From: an uncultured Aquimonas sp.
GTDB taxonomy: Bacteria; Pseudomonadota; Gammaproteobacteria; Xanthomonadales; Xanthomonadaceae
DNA: 36,431 nt
Direction: 5' to 3'
Assembly (NCBI GenBank): GCA_964424535.1
Contig: CAYRJS010000001.1
Coordinates: 15,882 to 52,312 of the forward strand
Shown here in pieces: positions 12,001 to 20,597 of the stretch. The notes under the pieces were generated by a model. The model was given only the letters and a program-made list of their open reading frames with translations, did not search any database and was not told the DNA's origin. The position numbers and the translations under genes were made by a program. How positions within the stretch are numbered: position 1 is the stretch's first letter; every line of letters starts with the position of its first letter.

Positions 12001-12812
12001 GCCGGGCAGGTCTCGCCTGAACTCCCCGCAACGCACGTCCAGCCGAATGTGTCGCTTGCTGCCTCGGTACGTGCAATCGAGACCCTGGCCTTGTCGGCCG
12101 GGTCCGGCCCCAGGTTTTTCACCTCTACGGTGTAGGCGGCCGTGCAGCCAGGGGTATAACGATCCGTCGGGTCGGGATCCGGACAGTGACTGGCCACACT
12201 CGCCAATGCCGTGGCCGTAACGGTTACGGCCAGATCGGAACTGGGTGCAACGCGGGCCAGCAAGAAGCTGTCGTTTACCGCCGTAATGCCAGTAGCCGAA
12301 CCCTCGGCCCCCACGGTCTTGTTGCCGGTTGCCGCAGTCGCAAACTGCAAGTTGGCCACGACGGTCAATTTCCCATTGGCCACGAGGGTGCCACCCGTGT
12401 AGGTGCCATTGTTGGCGGTGCCACAGACAGATCCACTGGCGCCCGTACTTTGGCAACTCACGCCTTGCAGGCTGGCTCCGTCCGGCACATCCAGCACCAG
12501 TTTGGTATCGGTGGCCGTGGCGTCCCCGGTATTTGAAAAAACCAGGGTCACCGAGCGCGTTTGTCCAGGCACGTACTCGGCGTTCTGGCTGGTCGTGAAT
12601 TCGACCTCCAGCACCGGGCCGGCCGCCATGGTCACGGCTGGAAACAGCGCCACCAAACCGAACCACAGGCACAAGCCCCGAGCCCAACGCTGGAAGCGGC
12701 TCGCTGGCAACCTGGCACCCGGTTCAGACCGCTTGTTGCGGCTGTCGGCAGCGTGTGGAAAAAACGAATCCCCGCCCAGGCTCTCAACCGGCGTGGAAAC
12801 TGAAAGCGGCAT
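1..12812 (-). CDS. Giant exported/surface protein, 3' end outside window (>4,270 aa): about 14 DUF11-like Ig repeats and about 6 lactonase-like beta-propellers
   Basis: Hand translation gives an open frame from ATG 12812 (alternative GTG 12836 after AGGGG; in-frame upstream TGA at 12864-12866) to base 1. No ORF-track entry terminates in this frame. Signal-peptide-like stretch RWARGLCLWFGLVALFPAVTMA|AG. Repeated DLxxxK...PG..xYxIxVxNxGPSDA...WTC...DPDLxNN motifs and propeller blades such as ALSPDGAHVYVAG...AVAIFRR. Confidence 0.92.
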   Translation of the reverse strand, partial: MPLSVSTPVESLGGDSFFPHAADSRNKRSEPGARLPASRFQRWARGLCLWFGLVALFPAVTMAAGPVLEVEFTTSQNAEYVPGQTRSVTLVFSNTGDATATDTKLVLDVPDGASLQGVSCQSTGASGSVCGTANNGTYTGGTLVANGKLTVVANLQFATAATGNKTVGAEGSATGITAVNDSFLLARVAPSSDLAVTVTATALASVASHCPDPDPTDRYTPGCTAAYTVEVKNLGPDPADKARVSIARTEAASDTFGWTCVAGSSGETCPAASIPAPLIEEVIDELPVNGTLTFTVEVDHDISDGYPTAGITAKVELPDEPSDWNDPHSANNEASASRTRNPIADLVATVTAKPISPAATNCPGEIGIYTPGCTANYEVEIENQGPDPVAGASFSIHPVEASTVIMLWACDANTQAQCEEEGGSGAIENLTIQTIAAGGKLTYTVAVMHPSSQLDALAGLEAQIVPPTTGTIPFDPDTDNNTSKVERTIERRAATRVEKIAAQGGSPVSSVFANVGFDYEIVVYNDGPSDLGNAVDGSGNPKVDPDGPALVLTDMLDSRFIGVSGNGCTVAQDGPPCWTYCASNLDLIGEGGVTDLDTCSEVQKTNGSGYQINERFALRAGSASRLKTRVKVATVAETISIPNLAEIELTGCPSPGSCTPISQKGDAGSQSDTVSITIQRATDLVGEVTNQTGTSATPGLEHEYRIKLKNPAYFHLANVKVDSVFPLAQGSVVSGFVPGSVRYACRATDGASCTTVGGGDNGQGGWTDWVTADALDTSINLPALSQVEYRVIGLVDPRARDDMHLSVHATSQGVDDLDAGVDTSMTPSIGLTLSKRLYKQEDVGNGQMRLFYEITAGNVGPSFADGVKLEDSADTVSNPGHFVFATAQWDCTAVPATAPAIAPGATQCRPIASPPHVGGIEDGDLLLDLMPGGKAVVNFEITTSESASDQVENKARVSHPLGTREATATATLRSNYALTVTKTDGKDKAHPGTQHSYALTIHNAGPDDAYDIQVRDQMPAMLQDVRWTCSATSPVPGDLGPLPDQTSVSPATRPGYQQAISADGRHVYVLGENISGVPTVYAYARNATPGLGYGEIAPEPIDIEVNDLDNPNDTGSAVAGMGAPVDLALALDGSVLYVLSSRLEADGTTVTGTIVVFHRVTDRLNPDFGRLSYAGTSAIQTPLVQRIAVSATHVYVTGSVPGGSAQVEVLRPDPGNQLPVTVGSPVAAPTSVGPLVIDQAAGWLYAASTFNSQIQRYRIEPSGQNIGRLTADVQTPLDVVNHQQITDLVLAPGGGHLYGRAANGGSNARLVHVRAEAVSLAFQTATTTQPASLLDGPVRIAMAADGEHLFGVNANTDAVFTVRRDVNSGALGATEQVLYRSDGFNGLEQPTSVLGTPDGRHILVTSGSTTGPGPLTTLSRRAPAPQLGFIEMDRQQDSIAGTQLEIDTLTAANDVVTRGKYVYVLSKIDAAITLFERRLITVGPDDEDGGHLTWKNSWRDGQAGITGMASPSRLLLSPDGKSAFVSSVSGNSVVVFRRDPDTGNLTYAQTFLAASNPGLSGAFGMAMDSDSRHLYVAGSFAASIAIFKYDANDSQRLTYQGAVVAGQDGVSGLNGIRDLVVASAGGHSQVLGVSDAAGTVVVFDRETTGASAGNLSFVQALGLGSTQRPMALALSPDTDGSGNAHVYVAAQNGNAVHVLQRVIHPADPAYGQIRLLGSVVQGVDAPQVMSGPRDVAVSADGKRVYVTAEFGHSLVAFNRYDNVSSALYGQLALAETRTQDIDAADGIRAPYAVAVADDSRNVYVAGFDSNAVASFSVGTGSSCSASGVGDIDDVVTIRAGGAVSYVIDSMIRADAVGVLENTATAFAAGVTPDANDVVPTGYDSTDLLTSARLEVTKTNNQVAVMPGTQVTYDITVRNAGPGNVGMVGNDSLTHVTDLFGCTAANDCSGSPFDVDTIEWTCSATGSGMLEFLADYRQGESGITGLRGVSSLALIPGDAMGTGDEVRGNFLVGASVDDNGLAFFQRDAMTGNLAYYAPARVVDGPGLPLQGARSVSISQDGRLLFVASRQSDSLVVFGLSGSSSQDLIVTPLAVARDASIAGLDKALHVVAVTAGANVEHVYVAGANDHAVAGFSFNRDTQELSHIGSWVNNVGNIRGLADVEYLIVGPGGDQVYALSGSGASIAQFNRNAGTGQLTYVTRFTSTTLGVDLQGVSAGVFAVNDNVLYLVATQANRLVTLTRDTSTGNLSLVTSLGQGEQGAQGLNEPRRIVISPDGHHVYVTSQAGNSLAWFSLDGAGVPKYLGARVNQSSGVAGLGGASGLVLDPQLDLIYVAGTLDQAIVQFQRQSDSWCPPSGTGLLQSVPVNIAANGEVVFRVTARVSSDLAVPLVNVASVDWTSADCGGGDGLSAQACATEDQDTDEISSVADLSITKDDGLAEFDGLAGAVALVADTRNVYVAAPDDNAIGVFQRQTGAATGVGLRYLGVMRSGVAGVSGLTGVVNLAMSADGKNLYAVSPVDGAIAVFNRGQQQGRLEFVEKHQSGLLGVTGMRGAQAVALSPDGAHVYVAGGFSNAVAIFRRQNQVGAADYGRLQFVAAVEAGIAGVNGIESPRDLRLSPDGAQLYVLGGSGTVVAFSRQTNSGSGNYGRLTQLARYQNGSDGVLGMDDVRSLALTADGAHLYVLGAEAGTLVHFARDASTGTLEFQPDLAVGGSLQLAELAGARRIRVASDGYLYAAASQQDAVLVFELDGAGVPTLVTSIQQGQPIDGLRGASDMVVVSEAGSDWLYTGASQDSALSVFDLDDDPPTYVGSLFDGAGGVAPGDEVTYTIVVTNNGPSDVAQARVVDVFPPEFESVHWTCAGNCPGTGQGNIDQIVSLPKGSQVQFDATATVRAQASGRLINTATVTAIDVLDPDLSNNTATDDDTVLSPSMDLAITIDVPACDPLDPGCAGPGQATPGGTLAYAVVATNAGPTHAVQAQVSNVLPEALHDVVWTCTATPEAGLLEEIDLQENSLNQGYRAVVVDPLGQYAYAVGPHAQGGTVQDAVAAFARNPLDGSLSSIPAYADVPALGEDPAQGMAGARALVISPDGRFVYVAGHDADAVVVFERDPNDGHLRWRSMVQDSEQGISGIGGVSTLVIAPDGKHLYAAGAASQAIAGFAINAGNGALSQVSVLRQDDGLNGLNDVTDLAFDATGEMLFATAGANRSVTALRRDAASGALTWVTAIEDGEPGVTASLLLPSALWVDADRLFVADAGAGVVNLLRFVDGDVPAFELDALIDLDADSGVAGQQPVALAYVADQARLYVASTSTSQLHLYGLLGETPARIASYDLATSTALEQVADFVVAPGEREIHVVSGSQGRINTLAREPGSRCPLSGVGGINQEAVDIAPGGEVRFNLSGHIFANATGNLVHEALIDPRVLAWDPDFSNNRALRSDLLVPAPDLEARKLRQTPAAEVIAGLPVNWWVEIENHGISDALQARLIDELPIFPGEAYGLTEDTGQWSCSGSPPLVQTSWLATATEPAIADLAALVPARDGQRWFGLSRSRSAVVELSLDANGAISQVQTRADAATVAALTGATDLELSADGAYLYVTSSTSDAARNGQDLTEAERNGNAPYAVVTGNVLVFAVHANSLEHVQTITSGVDGVSGLRGARQLLASSDGRFVYVAAVPANISQSAIAAFRRDAETGQLVFIERIQDGLGTFGNASNVIRDLQRMTLTADGRYLYTLASGSLTNQQALGRFQVDVSSGKLQYQSVIRAVDIGADDAVDPALLGARDMVMTPGDTQVLVLTTQGFAQFTRLVDGSLAAAGTWAGVNPDQARYLAIDALGSRVYVAAQDGSLELYARQWSDGALEHRYSLPAAVSASAGMLKHLGASSEVLLAQDGGNGGLTRWSEQALVKCHVMQGTDADLPVLVDLGVQGWARMDYSAIVHPSARGDLLNIARAEPGSGVDPDLGNNIASDQTPIHVVSDLSISKTGPENAVAGEFIQYQIRVENAGPSDALGIHVVDALDPAMFQDASWTCEVEGDGQSQCLASQGAGLSLDAEADLHVGDTLVVNLNVRVHPAWLGPLQNAASVVPEPGSVDPTPDDHEATPVQTEVMRRADLVVSKHTDTPEVVAGAAVAYTVEVHNAGPSDAPEVRVQDLLPEGLRAATWTCTALQGRGDCVSASGSGSVNRVVSIPVGETLRYQINATLAPSAEGTLINLATATLLDDPAGEVEDPDLTNNEAGVSDPILQRADLALVVTAPDAFDPASQMALAYQVQVFNN

Positions 12813-12972
12813 GCGGTCTGCTGACGGCTTGGTCACGGCAAATTGCCCCTGCACTGGTCTTGTTCATCCGAATCGCGCATCCGCGCAACCCCTCGGGTAA
12901 CCCTCGATTGCCAAGGGTCACCAACAGCACCATCGCCATCAGCTCTCCCCTTGCCGGTTACCTCTGGACCAG

Positions 12973-12997
12973 CGAGAAAGACATGCGATACCCGTCA
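12973..12997 (-). promoter_or_regulatory. Candidate ECF-type promoter for the giant gene (TGACGG-N14-TCTCG)
   Basis: Minus strand reads TGACGG GTATCGCATGTCTT TCTCG, pointing at the giant ORF; same motif and spacing as 32660-32684. Confidence 0.45.
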
Positions 12998-13109
12998 CAA
13001 AAATGAATGAACGGTATCTTTCACCCGATAAACGGCAATTCTTGCCGACCAGTGCTTCTCCGGTCGCCTTGCTTGTGCCTCGGTTCATGCCTTCGAGTAC
13101 CATTCGATC

Positions 13110-13673
13110 ATGCACGTACCGATTCAGCCTTGTTCCTCGACCCGTCTTACCGATCTGATCCAGGCCTGGAGTCATGGTGAGGAGGGCGCTGCCGAAGCTC
13201 TGGCCGATCACGTCTACGGCGAGCTGAAACAAATTGCCGTCTCGCTTCTGTACCGGGAGCGCCAGTCAGGGCTGGAACCGGCCGAATTGGTTCATGAAGC
13301 CTGGTTGCGGATGGGCGATTGCCAAGGTGCCTTTCCTTCCCGCCAGCACTTTTTTGCTTTCACTGCCCTGCAGATGCGCCGTTTGCTGATTGATCAGGCC
13401 CGCGCTGCCGGTGCCGGGGCACGTCCGGGCCAATGGACCACGGTCAGCTTGCGCCTGGTTGATCCCTCGCCTCAGCCAGCCGACATGGCCAGCCTGGCTG
13501 AAGCATTGACGCAACTGGAACGCATCGACCAGCGCAAATCCCAGGCTTTTACACTGCGTGAGCTGGGCGGTTTCGGCAACGCCGAGGTCGCCGACATGCT
13601 CGATATTTCCCTGGCCACGGTAGAACGCGACCTGCGTTTTGTCCGCACCTGGCTGGCAGCGAGGATGGCATGA
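13110..13673 (+). CDS. ECF sigma factor, kinase-associated type (TIGR02999/ECF43-like), ECF-1
   Basis: LVHEAWLRM, FPSRQHFFA...MRRLLIDQAR and C-terminal HTH EVADMLDISLATVERDLRFVRTWL; ATGA overlap with the downstream kinase. Confidence 0.92.
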   Translation: MHVPIQPCSSTRLTDLIQAWSHGEEGAAEALADHVYGELKQIAVSLLYRERQSGLEPAELVHEAWLRMGDCQGAFPSRQHFFAFTALQMRRLLIDQARAAGAGARPGQWTTVSLRLVDPSPQPADMASLAEALTQLERIDQRKSQAFTLRELGGFGNAEVADMLDISLATVERDLRFVRTWLAARMA

Positions 13674-16159
13674 ATACCGAATCGCATTGGTTGCGCCTGC
13701 AAGAGCTTTTCCATGCAGCCTGTGAGCTTGAACCTGATGCACGGGATGCTTACGTGCGGGAACAGGCCGGTGATGATCCGGAATTGCTGCACGAACTGTT
13801 GAAGATGCTCGCGATCGAGGGTTCAGCCACGGCCCGCCTGCAGACACCCATGCAATCGGCGCAGGCTCTGATGGCCACCGACATGAAGATCATGCCGGGC
13901 ACCCGTTTCGGTCCCTGGGAGGTCGTGCGCGCCATCGGTCACGGCGGCATGGGTCAGGTGTATCTGGCGCGACGGGCCGATGGCACTTTCCAGCGCGAGG
14001 TGGCGCTCAAGCTCATCGGTCGGGTCGGTCTGGATACCCGGCAACTGGTGTTGTTCGAGGTCGAACGCCAGATGCTCGGGCAAATGAACCACCCTGCCAT
14101 CGCCCAGATCCACGATGCCGGCACCGACGAGCATGGCCGCCCCTGGCTGGTGATGGAATACATCGAAGGCAGCCCCATCACCACGTTCTGTGAACAGCAT
14201 GCACTTTCGCTGCGGCGTCGCATCGAGTTGTTTCAGCAGGTTTGCCGCGGGGTACAGCATGCCCATCTGCAGGGTGTCGTGCACCGCGACATCAAGCCCG
14301 ACAACGTTCTGGTGCGCGACATCAACGAGGTGCCGACACCCTGCCTGATTGATTTCGGCATCGCCGCTGGTGCCGGCAATGCCGCGATCCCGGCGGGCAC
14401 GCGCGGCTACATGAGTCCGGAACAGATCGATCCCAAGGCCCGGGTCGACAGCCGCAGCGACATCTATTCCCTGGGTGCGTTGCTGTATGAACTGATCAGC
14501 GGCGATCGCCCTCCGAAATCGGACAGCTCCGAGCTTGAGCACATCCCCTCCCAGCGCCTGGCCACCCTGGATCCGGACAAGGTGCAGAGCCTGGCCGAAC
14601 AGCGTGGCCTGCCGCCGGCAAAGCTGCTGCGTACCTTGCGCGAGGATCTGGACTGGATTGTGGCCAAGGCCATGCACACGGACCCGGGCCAGCGTTACCA
14701 GTCGGCCGACCTGTTGATCGACGATCTGAGTCGATTCCTTGATGGCCAGGTCGTGGGCGCTGCCCCGCCACGGCGCGGGGTCGCGGTCCGCAAGTTCATC
14801 CGCCGTCATCGCCTTGGCGTAGCCACCGCCAGCGTGTTGGTGCTGACCTTGATCGGCGGCCTGGCGGCGACCTCGTGGGCGCTGCAACAAGCCCGCACCG
14901 AGGCCCACCGCAAGCAGGTGACCACCAACTTTCTTTCCGGCATTCTGAGCAGCGCCGACCCGGCCCTGGCCCGTGATCTGGACAAGACCCTGATACTGAA
15001 AGTCCTGGATGCGGCTGCCGAGCGGATTGATACCGAACTGGCAGACGATCCCCAAGGGCGGGTCGACATGCACATGGCCATGGCCCGCAGCTTCTACAGC
15101 ATCGGCAATGTGGAAAAAGCCGCCCCGCAGGTGGAACAGGCACGCGCCGTACTGGCCGGACAGGGCCTGAGCGGATCGGCCCAGGACGTTGTCCTGGTAA
15201 AACGTCTGGGTGATATGTACGGCATTCTTGGAAAGATCCACGAATCTGAACAAGCCTTGCGCGAAGTGATCACCCTGGCCACGGCTTTGGGACCCAAGGC
15301 ACCCGCCACCCTGATCCCGGAAGCGCGCTCGCTCCTGGCCTATGCCTTGCTCGAACAAGGCCAACTGGACGAAGCTCTGGAGCAGGCCCAGGCCGGCTAT
15401 GACGGGCTGCGCGCGTTGCTGCCGGAAAACGACTCCCTGGTCATCACCGCTGGTGAACGTCTGTCCGCACTATTGTCCGAAAGCGGCCAGAGCGAACGGG
15501 CCACCGCCCTGCTGCATAGCTTGATCGATACCCGGGCCGAGGAATTTGGTCGCGATCATCCGCACGTTCTGGCGATGCGCCTGACCCTGGCAACCTTGTT
15601 CCTGCGCAACGACCAACCCACCGAAGCCGAAGCCGAACTGCGCAGCTTGCTTGGCCCCATGACCCGCCAGCACGGAGAAGAGTCATCTTTGGTCGCCTCG
15701 GCCCACCAGCGTCTGGGCGGCGCCTTGCTGGAGCAAGGCAAGGTCGAGGAAGCTGGCCCGCACTATCGCTTTGCCCTCGATTACTACGTGCGCGCGCAAG
15801 GTCCGGAATCCCCCTACGCCACCATCATGCGCCACAGCTACGCCACCTGGCTTCTGGCCGACGGCCAGGCGGAACAGGCACTGGAGGAATTGACAGTCTG
15901 CCGGGAACTGGGAGAAAAGCTCTACGGGCCCAGATCACCGTTCATGCAGGAAGTCTGGATCACCCTGGGCCAGACCCATCTGGCTCTTGGGAACCTGCAA
16001 GAAGCCCGGTCTTCCCTGGAACAATCACGCGCCATCCAGATCGAACTGTACGGCGCCGAGGCCGAATTTCCCAAGGACCTGCAGCAAGCCCTGCGCCAAC
16101 TGGACATCGACGAAGCCGCATCCGAACACAGCGACAGTCCTGCCGCCGTGATTCTTTGA
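13670..16159 (+). CDS. Membrane Ser/Thr protein kinase with C-terminal TPR-like domain, STK-1
   Basis: GHGGMGQVY, VALK, HRDIKPDN, DFG, YMSPE, SDIYSLG; hydrophobic segment LGVATASVLVLTLIGGLAATSWAL followed by helical repeats (FGRDHPHVL, QGPESPYA). Confidence 0.95.
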   Translation: MNTESHWLRLQELFHAACELEPDARDAYVREQAGDDPELLHELLKMLAIEGSATARLQTPMQSAQALMATDMKIMPGTRFGPWEVVRAIGHGGMGQVYLARRADGTFQREVALKLIGRVGLDTRQLVLFEVERQMLGQMNHPAIAQIHDAGTDEHGRPWLVMEYIEGSPITTFCEQHALSLRRRIELFQQVCRGVQHAHLQGVVHRDIKPDNVLVRDINEVPTPCLIDFGIAAGAGNAAIPAGTRGYMSPEQIDPKARVDSRSDIYSLGALLYELISGDRPPKSDSSELEHIPSQRLATLDPDKVQSLAEQRGLPPAKLLRTLREDLDWIVAKAMHTDPGQRYQSADLLIDDLSRFLDGQVVGAAPPRRGVAVRKFIRRHRLGVATASVLVLTLIGGLAATSWALQQARTEAHRKQVTTNFLSGILSSADPALARDLDKTLILKVLDAAAERIDTELADDPQGRVDMHMAMARSFYSIGNVEKAAPQVEQARAVLAGQGLSGSAQDVVLVKRLGDMYGILGKIHESEQALREVITLATALGPKAPATLIPEARSLLAYALLEQGQLDEALEQAQAGYDGLRALLPENDSLVITAGERLSALLSESGQSERATALLHSLIDTRAEEFGRDHPHVLAMRLTLATLFLRNDQPTEAEAELRSLLGPMTRQHGEESSLVASAHQRLGGALLEQGKVEEAGPHYRFALDYYVRAQGPESPYATIMRHSYATWLLADGQAEQALEELTVCRELGEKLYGPRSPFMQEVWITLGQTHLALGNLQEARSSLEQSRAIQIELYGAEAEFPKDLQQALRQLDIDEAASEHSDSPAAVIL

Positions 16160-16177
16160 ACGGCTGGCACGCGGGCT

Positions 16178-17638
<1,461 letters not shown>

Positions 17639-17814
17639 TTACACTTTGTCTTTCAGGGGGGCCTGAAACCTTGATCATCCATATGCACACCGTTTGGGAA
17701 CCTCGCCAGAATGTCGCTGACAGCCGCTTTTGACGACGTCCACCGTCCGTGGATGATCCTTGCCAAAGCCTGCACCCGGGTCGTGTCGACAAGGGCTGGA
17801 AGGAGCATGATGCC

Positions 17815-18393
17815 GTGAGCCAAGCACCTGCGGACGCATCACCCACACCCACCATCGAACTGGTCCATCGTTGCGCGGCCGGTGATGCGGCAGCCTATGA
17901 CACCCTGTTTTCCGCCATTTATGCGGATCTGCACGCGCGCGCCCACCGCCTGCTGCACCAGGCCGAAGGTGTCACCCTGTCCACCACCGCCTTGGTCCAT
18001 GAAACCTATCTGAAACTGGTCGGCCGGCAACTGGAGCTGACCGATCGCACGCACTTTTTCTGCATCGCTTCGCGGGCCATGCGCCAGGTGCTGATGAACG
18101 CCGCCCGTGAACGCAGCGCCCTCAAGCGCGGCGGCGACCAGGCCCGGATCACCCTGAGCGCCCTGACCACGGGCGCGGAAGTCGATCTGCTCAATGTCCT
18201 GTCACTGGATGACGCCCTGACCGCCCTGGCCAAGGCCGACGAACGCCTGGCCCAGGTCGTGGAGTTGCATTTTTTTGCCGGCCTGGGTTTTGCCGAACTG
18301 GCCGAACTGCTGGAACTGTCCGAACGCACCGTGGCGCGTGACTGGCGCACAGCCCGGGCCTTGCTGCGCCAATACATGGGTGAGGCCCAATGA
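17815..18393 (+). CDS. ECF sigma factor, kinase-associated type, ECF-2
   Basis: TLSTTALVHETYLKL, HFFCIASRAMRQVL, VVELHFFAGL...LSERTVARDWRTARA; GTG 17815 preceded by AAGGAG; ATGA overlap with kinase. Confidence 0.93.
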   Translation: MSQAPADASPTPTIELVHRCAAGDAAAYDTLFSAIYADLHARAHRLLHQAEGVTLSTTALVHETYLKLVGRQLELTDRTHFFCIASRAMRQVLMNAARERSALKRGGDQARITLSALTTGAEVDLLNVLSLDDALTALAKADERLAQVVELHFFAGLGFAELAELLELSERTVARDWRTARALLRQYMGEAQ

Positions 18394-20597
18394 AGCAACG
18401 CCAGATCGAGGTGTTGCGCGAGGCTCTCGACCTGGAACCTGCGCAACGTGAAGCCTTCGTCATCGCCACCTGTGGCAACGACACGGCCCTGCGCGATGCG
18501 GTGTTGCATCTGCTGATGCTCGACCAGCAGGACGATACCCTGCTTGACGCCCCCATCGATGCGCTTGCCGCCGCTCTGGTGGGCGATGACACCACCAACC
18601 CGTCCTCAACCACGCCCATCCTGCAGCCGGGCGAGCGCATCGGTTCCTGGCACATCATCAATCTGCTGGGTACCGGTGGCATGGGCAGCGTCTGGCTGGC
18701 CGAGCGTGACGATGCCGGCTTTGCCCAGCGAGCCGCCCTGAAACTGATCAAGCCGGGCATGGACAGCCAGGCCGTGCTGCACTCGTTCCAGCGGGAACGT
18801 GAACTGCTGGCACGCCTGGAACACCCCGGCATCGCCCACCTGATCGACGGCGGCATCGATGCCCAGGGTCGATCCTGGTACGCCATGCGCTACGTCGAAG
18901 GCCAGACCCTCGACCACTGGCTGCAAACCGCTCCACCCCTGGCTGCCCGACTGCAACTGTTTCTGGCCCTGTGCCGCATCGTGGCCCATGCCCACCGGCA
19001 ACTGGTGGTCCACCGCGACCTCAAGCCCGGCAATGTCATGGTGCAACCGGACGGCAGCCCGTGCCTGCTGGACTTCGGCATCGCCAAGATCCTGCAACAG
19101 GATCCGGGCCAGAACACCGCCACGATCGCCCATTTCGTCAGTCCAGCCTACGCCGCACCTGAGCAAATGACCGGTGGCAACATCAGCACCGCCGCCGATG
19201 TCTACGCCCTGGGCGCCATCTTGTTCGAACTGCTGACCGACACCCGCTACAGCACGGTCTACCGTGGCGGTGACATTTCCACCCGGCCTTCGCAAGCAGT
19301 CCTGCGTTCGGGCACGACCTCCCCCATTGCCTTGCCGGTTCAAAAGCTGCGCGGTGATCTGGATGCCATCACCAGTCAGGCCCTGGCCCCCGATCCCCTG
19401 CGCCGTTACGACAGCGCCGATGCCCTGGCCGATGATGTGCAGCGTTATCTGGAAGGCCGTCCGGTACTGGCCCGGCGCGACAGCCTGGTCTATCGCACAC
19501 GCAAGTGGATTCAGCGCAATCGCATGGCCAGTCTGGCCCTGTTGCTGGCCCTGGTCGCCCTGCTGGCCGGAACCGGCATCAGCCTGTGGCAGGCGGACCG
19601 TGCCACGCGCGAGGCGCAGCGCGCCAACGCCGTCAAGGACTACCTCATCGGCCTGTTCGATGCCGGTCGCACCAACACCAGCGGCACTGCTGCCCTGGAA
19701 CGCCGCATCGTCGATGTACTCGAGGACAGCGCCACGAAACTCAAGCAGGATCTGGCAGATCAGCCAGACATACGTGACGAGATCTACACCCTCCTGATCG
19801 AAATTTTCGATTCCAACGAAGCCGGCCCACGCTCCCGGCAACTGGCCCAGGAACGCCTGACCATGGCCGAGGAGGCTTTTGGCCCTGACGATGGTCGCAT
19901 TGCGCCGGCCTTGCTGATGCTGGTCGGGGTCAGCCTCAATCACGACGAACTGGAAGCCATACCCAGCTTGTTGGACCGGGCCCAGACCCTGCTCGACCAC
20001 GATGGTCGCCGCGATACCCTCTCCTACGCCCTGATGTTGCGCTTCCGCGCCCAGATGGTGGGCAACGAACAGGGGCACGGGGAAACAAGCCTGGAGTTGT
20101 TGTCCCAATCAAACCAGTTGCTGCGTCGCCACCATCCCGACAGCGATGACCTGTTGGTCAATCTGATGATTACGGCTCAATCGGCGGTATTTGCCCAACA
20201 ATTCGACACGGCCCTGGCCACAATCGAAGAACTGCGCCAACGCACTCGAGATCGTTACAGTGACAACCACCAGATCATGGCCCAGGCCGACATGCTCGAA
20301 GGCCGCCTGTACCTGATGAATGGGCAAGCGCAACAGGCGCTGGATGTTTTTCGCCGCAGTCGCACCAGGATCGAGCACTACAGCGGCGCCAATCACAACG
20401 ATGTGCTGGTGGCACGCTATCTGGAAACCAAGGCCTTGCTGGCATTGCAGCGCTTTGATGAGGCCGATGTCGCCTGGCACGCGGTCGAGGACCTGCGCCA
20501 GGCCCACTTCGCCGACAACGCCAACTTTGCCGATGCTCTGGCCAATCTGCGCGAACAGATCGACGCGGGTCTGGTGCAAGACACGGCTAACCGGTAA
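18390..20597 (+). CDS. Membrane Ser/Thr protein kinase with TPR-like domain, STK-2
   Basis: GTGGMGSVW, AALK, HRDLKPGN, DFGIAK, YAAPE, ADVYALG; transmembrane segment MASLALLLALVALLAGTGISLW. Confidence 0.95.
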   Translation: MKQRQIEVLREALDLEPAQREAFVIATCGNDTALRDAVLHLLMLDQQDDTLLDAPIDALAAALVGDDTTNPSSTTPILQPGERIGSWHIINLLGTGGMGSVWLAERDDAGFAQRAALKLIKPGMDSQAVLHSFQRERELLARLEHPGIAHLIDGGIDAQGRSWYAMRYVEGQTLDHWLQTAPPLAARLQLFLALCRIVAHAHRQLVVHRDLKPGNVMVQPDGSPCLLDFGIAKILQQDPGQNTATIAHFVSPAYAAPEQMTGGNISTAADVYALGAILFELLTDTRYSTVYRGGDISTRPSQAVLRSGTTSPIALPVQKLRGDLDAITSQALAPDPLRRYDSADALADDVQRYLEGRPVLARRDSLVYRTRKWIQRNRMASLALLLALVALLAGTGISLWQADRATREAQRANAVKDYLIGLFDAGRTNTSGTAALERRIVDVLEDSATKLKQDLADQPDIRDEIYTLLIEIFDSNEAGPRSRQLAQERLTMAEEAFGPDDGRIAPALLMLVGVSLNHDELEAIPSLLDRAQTLLDHDGRRDTLSYALMLRFRAQMVGNEQGHGETSLELLSQSNQLLRRHHPDSDDLLVNLMITAQSAVFAQQFDTALATIEELRQRTRDRYSDNHQIMAQADMLEGRLYLMNGQAQQALDVFRRSRTRIEHYSGANHNDVLVARYLETKALLALQRFDEADVAWHAVEDLRQAHFADNANFADALANLREQIDAGLVQDTANR

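Noticed and set aside
96..12900. Long plus-strand ORFs (for example 615-1844, 1902-3461, 4740-6965, 7011-8558, 9234-12020)
   Set aside because: Antisense shadows of the giant minus-strand gene; they have no recognisable motifs, whereas the minus frame gives coherent repeated domains.
12896..12922. Hairpin in the leader of the giant gene as a riboswitch or ncRNA
   Set aside because: A single 11-pair stem with no recognisable aptamer features; insufficient support.
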